NCBI GenBank assembly: GCA_963826525.1
Contig: CAWGXH010000001.1
Span: forward strand, 1-13,791
Reading direction: 5' to 3'
DNA length: 13,791 nt
Source: an uncultured Methanomicrobiaceae archaeon
GTDB taxonomy: Archaea; Halobacteriota; Methanomicrobia; Methanomicrobiales; Methanoculleaceae
Made by a program: the position numbers and the translations under genes. The stretch's first letter is position 1. Every line of letters begins with the position of its first letter. Shown here piece after piece: positions 1 to 8,300 of the stretch. The notes under the pieces were generated by a model. It was given only the letters and a program-made list of their open reading frames with translations. It searched no databases and was not told the origin of the DNA.

Positions 1-876
1 CGACCTCGACTCGGCCTTCGGCAATGCCCTCATGAACAACGGCGACACCATCTCGATCGCGCCCGGTTCCTACACCTTCTCTACAGGCCTCACGAAATCG
101 GTGACCGTGCACGGCGCGGGGGCGGATCTGGTGACCGCGACCATGAACGCCGGTTCCAACCTCTACTTCTCCGGAGCCGGAACCGTTGTCGAGGGGATCA
201 CGTTCAGCGCCAATACGAAGATCCTCTACATTTCGGGGGAGAACTCGCTTGTCAGAAACTGCGTATTCGATGCGATTCCCACGTTTGCGAATATCTACCT
301 CCAGTCGGCGAACACCCGGGTGGAGAACTGCACGTTCCAGAACTGTGCGGTCCAGAACATCCTGGTGCTCGCAGGGGATGGGGATGTCGTGCGGAACTGC
401 ACGTTCCAGGCGAATACAAACCGCAATATCCAGGTATCGGGGAGCGACTGCCTCATCGAGAACAACACCTTCCGAAACAACGTCCAGGGAAGTTCCGTGA
501 AAGGCATCATCCGGATGCAGTCCACGAAGAACCTGACGGTCACGAGGAACGAGTTCCTCGATAACACGGCGCCGGGCGGGGTGATCAGCCTCAAGACCGT
601 GAGCACGGGGAACAGCATCTATCTCAACAACTTCGTCGGGAACTCGGTGGATGTCGTCATCGACACCGGAACCTCGCAGCCGATAACCTGGGTCTCGCCC
701 GAGTCTATCCCGTATACCTATCGCGGGAGCACGTTCACGGGGAACCTCGGGAACTTCTGGAGCGCCTACTCGGGAACCGACACCGACGATAACGGAATCG
801 GGGACGCCTCGCTTCCCCTTGGCACCTCGCAGACGGATACCGCACCGCTGATGGACCGCTGGCAATACTTCTTCGG
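1..876 (+). repeat. Direct repeat copy 1 (beta-helix module); copy 2 at 5972-6847
   Basis: Gap-free alignment at offset 5971 with 30 mismatches in 876 nt (about 96.6%, manual count) and 12 amino-acid differences. Similarity stops after the YFFG codons. The left end lies outside the window. Confidence 0.97.
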
Positions 877-1693
877 TGAAGAGCACTCGCCGGTTGCACC
901 CGTCGCCAACTTTATGGCAAACGTGACCGCCGGTGAAGCACCGCTCGCGATTGCCTTCACCGACGCTTCGACCGGCAGCCCGACCTCCTGGTTATGGGAC
1001 TTCGAGAACGACGGCGTCGTCGACAGCACCGAGCAGAACCCGGTTCACACCTATGCCGCTTCAGGTACCTACACCGTGAACCTCACCGCCACGAACGACG
1101 ACGGCAGCGACTCCGCGGTCAAGACCGATTATGTCACTGTATCCCCCGAGCAGCCGAGCACAACAGTCGTCCGGAACGAGGCCGCTTCGCCTGCATACAT
1201 CCCCACCGATACTGACGGCCTTCCCGGCCTGGCCGAGACCTCGGTCCTGCACGCCGCCGTATCCAATGGAGCCGGAGTTGCAGGGGTCGCTATCGATCTC
1301 TCCGCCATCGGGGGCGGCAATGCCGCACCGATGCTCTCTGCCGGGAACGGAACGTGGATGAAGGGCATCACGAGCGCCGTCGCCTCGCCGTTCGTGGACG
1401 GCGCATACCAGCCGTTCGCACTCCAGGTGAATGCAACGGGTATGAACGGCCATTCCAACACAACCGTCGCCATCTCGCTGACGGTCATCAAAAACGGCGA
1501 TGCGAACGAGGACAACCGGGTCACCCTCTACGACGCCATCTACATCGCCCGCCACAGCCTCGGGATGACCGGGTTTGAGAGCATGCACGAGAACGTCGGC
1601 GACGTGAGCGACGACGGTTCAGCCACAATGGTCGATGCGATGTACCTTGCAAAACACATCCTCGGCATCCCCGGGTTTGAAGTGCTCCACTGA
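2..1693 (+). CDS. 5'-truncated surface/secreted protein: right-handed beta-helix (NosD/pectin-lyase-like), PKD, Ig-like X module, C-terminal dockerin
   Basis: The frame is open from position 2 (DLDSAFGNALM) and matches the interior of gene 2 at 5973, so ATG32 is internal and the gene starts upstream of the window. It has xxNCxF/NN beta-helix repeats and the GNFWSAYSGTDTDDNGIGD..DTAPL cap (to 876), a PKD at 899-1141 (WLWDF..NPVHTY..GTYTVNLT) and a dockerin from 1496. Stop TGA 1691-1693. Confidence 0.9.
   Translation, partial: DLDSAFGNALMNNGDTISIAPGSYTFSTGLTKSVTVHGAGADLVTATMNAGSNLYFSGAGTVVEGITFSANTKILYISGENSLVRNCVFDAIPTFANIYLQSANTRVENCTFQNCAVQNILVLAGDGDVVRNCTFQANTNRNIQVSGSDCLIENNTFRNNVQGSSVKGIIRMQSTKNLTVTRNEFLDNTAPGGVISLKTVSTGNSIYLNNFVGNSVDVVIDTGTSQPITWVSPESIPYTYRGSTFTGNLGNFWSAYSGTDTDDNGIGDASLPLGTSQTDTAPLMDRWQYFFGEEHSPVAPVANFMANVTAGEAPLAIAFTDASTGSPTSWLWDFENDGVVDSTEQNPVHTYAASGTYTVNLTATNDDGSDSAVKTDYVTVSPEQPSTTVVRNEAASPAYIPTDTDGLPGLAETSVLHAAVSNGAGVAGVAIDLSAIGGGNAAPMLSAGNGTWMKGITSAVASPFVDGAYQPFALQVNATGMNGHSNTTVAISLTVIKNGDANEDNRVTLYDAIYIARHSLGMTGFESMHENVGDVSDDGSATMVDAMYLAKHILGIPGFEVLH
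899..1141 (+). repeat. PKD module shared with gene 3 (11528-11771)
   Basis: Both carry the WDFENDGVVDSTEQN variant that none of the six gene-2 PKDs have. An exact 44-nt block is shared, 995-1038 = 11624-11667. Confidence 0.9.
1178..1693 (+). repeat. Direct repeat copy 1 (X module + dockerin); copy 2 at 12546-13061
   Basis: Gap-free at offset 11368 with 55 mismatches in 516 nt (about 89%). The X part 1178-1477 is about 85% identical and 1478-1693 about 95%. Confidence 0.95.
1496..1690 (+). other. Dockerin (type I-like) domain of gene 1
   Basis: Two Ca-binding loop-helix repeats, GDANEDNRVTLYDAIYIARHSLG and GDVSDDGSATMVDAMYLAKHILG, at the extreme C-terminus. Confidence 0.85.
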
Positions 1694-1708
1694 ACCCCGG
1701 TGGATACC

Positions 1709-1738
1709 TTTTTTTCAGGATTGCTCCTGCTGCAATCC
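1709..1738 (+). terminator. Putative terminator after gene 1 (T7 tract plus hairpin)
   Basis: T7 at 1709-1715, 15 nt after the stop, followed by the stem GGATTGC(1718-1724)/GCAATCC(1732-1738). Oligo-T tracts are typical archaeal terminators. Confidence 0.55.
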
Positions 1739-2195
1739 CTTCGGAATAACTGACTCCGGCTGCGGATTCACTACGGCAGTTTGGGATGCCGGTTGACCTT
1801 TGCGTTTTCAGCCGATACCGACCTAAACCAGAATTTGTGCATTTTTTCGGGAAATGCCCTCTGGGCGTACGAATGCGAGAGTTCTGCGATCTTTCAAGCC
1901 GGGTTAGGGCGACCGAGTCCCCTCCTCTGCACAGGGAGGAGAGACAGATCTTCGATCTGCAGAACACAGTTGCCTGTGGGAGCCCGGCAGGTTTATCGGG
2001 CTTTTCCATCGGCCCCGGACAATAGGTACCGTCGCGCTGTGCTGAGATTCTTTCCCGAACCGGTGCGGACGCCGATCTGTGAGGCTCCGTTTTCAGGTGT
2101 TCCTCCTTCCGGGAGAGAGATCTCCATGTGGGTATTGATTTACTGTATGTAAAAAATGAGTTAATCAAGTAAACGTTATTTACTCAACCCCTATT

Positions 2196-2227
2196 GGAAA
2201 GGCATATAATAAGTCATCGTTTATAAA
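2196..2227 (+). promoter_or_regulatory. Candidate BRE/TATA promoter(s) for gene 2
   Basis: Inside an AT-rich island (about 2133-2245): GGAAAGGC-ATATAATA (2196-2211) and a second candidate, TTTATAAA (2220-2227). Confidence 0.55.
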
Positions 2228-2321
2228 GCTGTTCAATAAGACAACACCGCTGAGAGGCAGCCCTGGCGTTATGAACCGACGCAATGCGGCCGTTCTGCCG
2301 GGGGTCGAAGAGGACTGGAAC

Positions 2322-5300
2322 ATGGAGATCAAACCCTGTAAATCAGGCAGGAAAAGCCTCTTACTCATCGTTGGGGCATTTATCCTGCTTATCATGATCG
2401 CAATGACACCGGCGACGGCCGGACTCGTGCTACCGGCCGACGGCCAGCAGGAGACAGTTCACGCAAAAGTACTGCAACTCCCGCTCTCGTTCACAGAGAA
2501 CCAGGGACAGGCACCAGATGGTATAGCGTTTCACATCCGGGCCGCAGGCCACACGATCGCATTCACACCCGGTGGCGTGATTCTCCGTACTACCCAGGAA
2601 ATGGACGATCGGACCGAATCCTCCGAAGTCCGGATGAGTTTCGTAGGCGCAGCAGAATCACCGGCAATTACCGGGATCGATCCGCTCCCCGGAAAGGCGA
2701 ACTTCTTCATCGGTAACGATGCTTCACAGTGGGAGACGGACGTGCCGATGTTTTCGGCAATCCGGTATGAGCAGGTATATCCCGGCATCGATCTGGTGTA
2801 CCGGGGTACCGAGGGAGTTCTGAAACGGGAGTTCGTCGTAGCTCCCGGAGTGAACCCGGATCAGATTGTTCTCTCATATTCCGGGATCGATTCTCTCAGG
2901 CTCGCAGAGGACGGGTCGCTGAAGATCGCTACGCCGCTCGGTGTCATTACCGACGAAGCCCCGGTCGCCTATCAGTTGGCCGGGGAGCAGATGGTTCCGG
3001 TTACGGTTTCGTATGATATCATAGGAGATACTCTGGTCGGCTTCACCACCGGAACGTATGATCCGACAAAATCGCTCACCATCGACCCGTCGCTGAAATA
3101 TTCGACATACCTCGGGGGCACGGGCGGAGACTTCGGGTACGGGATCGCGACCGATAGCTCCGGGAACATGTACATCACGGGGTATACGACATCGACTGAT
3201 TTCCCGCTTGCCGACCCCCTCCAGGCGACCAAATCCGGGGCCGCCGACATCTTCATCACGAAACTGAACCCTGCAGGCACAGAAGTCCTGTATTCCACCT
3301 ACCTCGGTGGAGAGGGGGACGATTATGCCTGGAGCATCGTGGTCGACGGGGACGAAAATATCTACATTGCGGGAAGGACGAGATCCGACGACTTCCCCGT
3401 CTCGAACCCGACGCAATCTACGAACAACGGCGGGAACAATGGCGATACAATCCTCGCGAAATTGAACCCCAGCGGCTCTGCGCTCCTCTTCTCGACGTAT
3501 CTCGGCGGGAATGCCGACGATATGCCCGGCCAGTACGGGAACTGCCTTGCCATCGACGCCTCCGGGAACATGTACGTGACCGGGCAGACCGGATCACCCG
3601 ATTTTCCTGTCGTGAACCCGATACAGGCGTCATTGAATGGTACCAGGGATATCTTCCTCACCAAGATCGACCCCTCTACCCCTGCCGTCGTGTATTCGAC
3701 CTACCTTGGAGGGAGCGGGAACGACGGTGGGAATGATGTCGCAGTGGACGAGACCGGTGCCGCATATATTGCCGGCCAGACCAACTCGGCAGATTTCCCG
3801 TTGGTCGATGCCCTGCAGAGCACATTGGGAGGCTCGTACGACGCTCTCTTCCTCAAGGTGAACCCCTCGGGATCCGCCCTTGAGTATGCGAGTTACCTCG
3901 GCGGCGCGGGAAGCGACAATGTGTATGCAGCAGCGGTCGGGACCGACCACAGCATGTACATCGCCGGCTCGACTTCGTCCGCCAATTTCCCGGTGGTGAA
4001 CCCCGTTCAGGACACGAATGGCGGCACCGGGAGCGATGCATTCGTCGTGAAGATAGATCCTGCCGGATCGGCCCTCGATTATGCGACGTACCTGGGCGGA
4101 GCCGGGAACTCCGAGAGTGCCCGGGCAATCGCCGTCGATTCGTCCGGCAGCGCGTACATCGCAGGAGTCACGAACGGAGCCGGATTCCCAACCGTCAACC
4201 CGATACAGGGTTATGTCGCCCTGCGCGATTCATTTATCACCAAACTAAATTCTGCGGGTGACGAGATAGTCTATTCCACGTATATCGGCGGCGACAATAA
4301 CGACGACATCTACAGTCTCGCCATCGACGGCAACGGGAATGCATACGTCACCGGTATGACACAGTCCTCGAACTTCCCGACGGTTTCGCCCCTCCAGGCA
4401 ACATCCGGAGGTACCTGGGAAGCCTTCGTTGCGATACTTGAGGACGACAGAGCCCCGACTGCGGATTTCACCGCAAACCAGACGACAGGTCCGGCGCCAT
4501 TGACCGTCCGGTTCACCGACGAATCGACCGGATCTCCCACGTCCTGGGTCTGGGACTTCGGGGACGATTCGACGTCCGCCGACCAGAACCCGGAACACCA
4601 ATACACCGCACCCGGCACCTATTCGGTCAGTCTGACCGCAACCAATGCACTCGGCAGCGACTCGGCATCGAAAGCCGGGTATATCATCGCGACCGATGGC
4701 GGCGGGCCTCTCTCCGGGAACAACCAGATCTACGTGAGGGTCGGAAACGATCTCGGTGCGAAGTATAACATCTTCGGAAACAACACCTATCACGTCAACT
4801 TCGTCGGATCAGGCACCGGCTTAAACGATCTCCATATCTCCACCGATCCGGAGGCCCCTGCCGGCCAGGTGACGTTCACCACGGCACCGTCAGGCACCTT
4901 CTATGTTACGAATACCGGGACCCGCACCTACAAGGACGACATTATCCTGATGCTCGCGGTAAACGGCACGATACCGGATGACTTCTCGGTTCAGGTCCGC
5001 TCGAGCGGGTATACCTGGACGCCGCTCCCGGACGCGGCACCCGATATCGGGGCAGTCGGATACGTTTCGGGCGCTGTCGACGAGACCTTCACCAGGGAAG
5101 ACTTCATCTACGGCCCGCAGGCGTGGAAACCCGCCGGTGACCCGAACTATCCGCTCTTCGACGGCGAGAATATCGACGATCCGGCGAACATGCACAGGAT
5201 CCTGTTCATCGATACCCGGGTCGGCACCCTCGGTACAGGATTCGAGAGCCTCACCGACAGGGGAGCAGCGAAGATCGAGTTTACGTTCACGAATCTCGGC

Positions 5301-8300
5301 GCACATGCAGCCTTCAACGCCTACGCGTACTGCTACCAGACGAAGAACGGGGACACCATGGTCGCCTGGACCAACCGGCTCTCCTCGACAGGGGCAAACG
5401 GCTTCTCGGTCGGGATTCCCCGGGCACCGGTCGCAGACTTCACAGCGAACGTGACCGAAGGCCCTGTTCCCCTCACGGTCCGGTTCACCGATACCTCGCT
5501 CTACCTGCCGACCGGGTGGCTGTGGAACTTCGGGGATGATGCGACGTCCGGCGACCGGAACCCGGAACACACGTACACCTCCCCCGGGACGTATACTGTG
5601 AAGCTGACCGCGACGAATGCCCTGGGGAGCAACAGCCGTCAGGTTTCCGGGTACATCACCGTCAGCGAGGGGCCGTCCCAGCCGGTCGCAGACTTTACAG
5701 CGAACGTGACCGAAGGTCCTGTACCCCTCACGGTTGCCTTCACTGATACCACGAGCGGTGTCCCGACCGAATGGAACTGGGAGTTTGGCGACGGTGCGAC
5801 GTCCACCCTGAAAAATCCGGTGCACACCTATGAAGAGATGGGCACCTATTCTGTGAACCTCACCGTCGGCAATACCTTCGGAGTCGACTTCGAGAACAAG
5901 ACCGCCTTCATCACCGCAAACGCCCCGCTGCCGAAGACGTGGACGGTGGGGGCGACGGGGTGCGACTTCACCGACCTCGACTCGGCCTTCGGCAATGCCC
6001 TCATGAACGACGGCGACACCATCTCGATCGCGCCCGGTTCCTACACCTTCGCTACAGGCCTTACGAAATCGGTGACCGTGCACGGTGCGGGGGCGGATCT
6101 GGTGACCGCGACCATGAACGCCGGTTCCAACCTCTACTTCTCCGGAGCCGGAACCGTTGTCGAGGGGATCACGTTCACCGCCAATACGAAGATCCTCTAC
6201 GTTTCGGGGGGCAACTCGCTTGTCAGAAACTGTGTATTCGATGCGATTCCCACATCTGCAAATATCTACATCCAGTCGGCAAACACCGGAGTAGAGAACT
6301 GCACGTTCCAGAACTGTGCGGTCCAGAACATCCTGGTGCTCGCAGGGGATGGGGATGTCGTGCGGAACTGCACGTTCCAGGCGAATACAAACCGCAATAT
6401 CCAGGTATCGGGGAGCGACTGCCTCATCGAGAACAACATCTTCCGGGACAATGTCCAGGGAAGTTCCGTAAAGGGCATCATCCGGATGCAGTCCACGAAG
6501 AACCTGACGGTCACGAGGAACGAGTTCCTCGATAACACGGCGCCGGGCGGAGTGATCAGCCTCAAGACCGTGAGCACGGGGAACAGCATCTATCTCAACA
6601 ACTTCGTCGGGAACTCGGTGGATGTCGTCATCGACACCGGAACCTCGCAGCCGATTACCTGGGTCTCGCCCGAGTCTATCCTGTACACCTATCGCGGGAG
6701 CACGTTCACGGGGAACCTCGGGAACTTCTGGAGCGCCTACTCGGGAACCGACACCGACGATAACGGAATCGGGGATGCCTCGCTTACCCTTGGCACCTCG
6801 CAGACCGATACCGCACCGCTGATGGACCGCTGGCAATACTTCTTCGGGGCCGTGCATCCGCTGGCTGCCGTCACCGTTCACCCTGAAACCGCAACGGTGA
6901 ACGTATCGCAGACCCTGACGTTCAGTGCTACTGCGTACGATGATACCGGCGCAGAGATGACCGGGGTTTCCTTCAACTGGTCGAGCAGCAACACGACGGT
7001 CGGAACGATCGATGAAACCGGTCTCTTTGCCGCGAAGGCTGCGGGCACAACTCTGATCAATGCAACGAACAACGGGATCCGGGGGAGCAGCCAGGTTCTG
7101 GTAGATGATCAGCCTCCAATTGCCGACTTCACAGCGGACGTGACGGCAGGTCCGGTTCCGCTGACGGTCAGGTTTACCGATACATCCGTGAATTCTCCGA
7201 CCGGATGGTTCTGGGAGTTCGGCGACGGCACGAATTCGACTTCCAGGAACAGTACGCACGTCTACAACGGCACAGGCAATTTCACGGTCAGCCTCACCGT
7301 ATCCAACACGGCAGGAAGCAACAGCATGCAGGTTACCGACTATATCTCGGTAAACCGGCAGCCGGTCGCCGATTTCACCGCGAATAAAACCCGGGGCAAA
7401 TTCCCGCTCACGGTTTGTTTTACGGACACATCGTCGAACTCCCCGGCCGCATGGTCTTGGGACTTCGGTGACGGCGCGACCTCGACGGACCAGCACCCGA
7501 CCCATATGTATGAAACTGTGGGCAACTACACTGTCTCTCTCCAGGCATCGAACAGTGACGGCAGCAATAGCACGACGAAGTCCGATTTCATCAGTGTTCG
7601 TGAGACGAACGCAGACCCGCTCCCCGCTCCCCGGTATATTTTCATCGATGTCGCAAACGACGCCGGTGCGAAATTCAACCTGGACGGCCCGGAGTTCGGC
7701 GGCCCTGACAATACGTACTATATCAAGGCGAACGGAGGGGGCCTCGGTGCGATTCACATCACGAACGACCCGAATGTCATATCCGGTCAGGTGACCACGA
7801 CAAATGCTTCTTCCGGGGTGCTGTATATTACCAATTCCGGAGGGCGGGGGTATGACGACGAAATTGTCCTCCTCGTCTCGGTGAGAGACCCGATTCCCGA
7901 CGATTTCGCGGTCAGGATCCGTGCCAGCGGATACCAGTGGGACCCGGTCGAGGCTGCGGGGCACAAACCGACCGCATACACGTACGCGGATGGTGCGGTA
8001 GATGAGACCTTTACGAAGGACGACTTCATATACGGCCCCCAGACGTGGAAACCGGGTCCCGGCAGTGCTGTCGTCCCGTCTCATCCGCTCTATTACGGAC
8101 AGGATATCCAGAACCAGTCGACTGCGGCGTATCTCATGTTTGTGGACATGAACGTAGGGAACCTGAAACAGTCTGCATTCGCCGAACCACTCCAGGATAA
8201 AGGTGCGGTAAAGGTGGAGTACTGGTTTGAGAACATGCCGACCCACGCTGCTTTCAATGGGTACGGCTGGTGCCTGATCTCGAACCAGGACCAGGGAATC

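Noticed and set aside
32-34. ATG32 as the start of gene 1
   Set aside because: The frame is open upstream, the same Met is internal in the gene-2 copy, and no signal peptide follows.
2101-2112. 12-mer TCCTCCTTCCGG matching the reverse complement of 13082-13093
   Set aside because: Isolated low-complexity match without convincing flanking similarity; compatible with chance.
1694-2170. Small ORFs (1781-2152, 1786-2025, 1521-2168) or an ncRNA in the gene 1-2 spacer
   Set aside because: No recognisable protein features or coding-like bias; only short hairpins (e.g. CAGATC/GATCTG at 1945-1959) and no tRNA or riboswitch pattern I can support.
2271-2321. Longer starts at 2271 (gene 2) and 10373 (gene 3)
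   Set aside because: The later ATGs (2322, 10472) have SD-like sites and give normal signal peptides; the extensions fall in the presumed leaders. Not fully excluded.
1-6847. Diversity-generating retroelement TR/VR pair (two AAC/GAC differences between the beta-helix copies)
   Set aside because: The 30 mismatches are not adenine-specific in either copy (many C/T, G/C, T/G), most are synonymous, both copies are coding and no reverse transcriptase is in the window.
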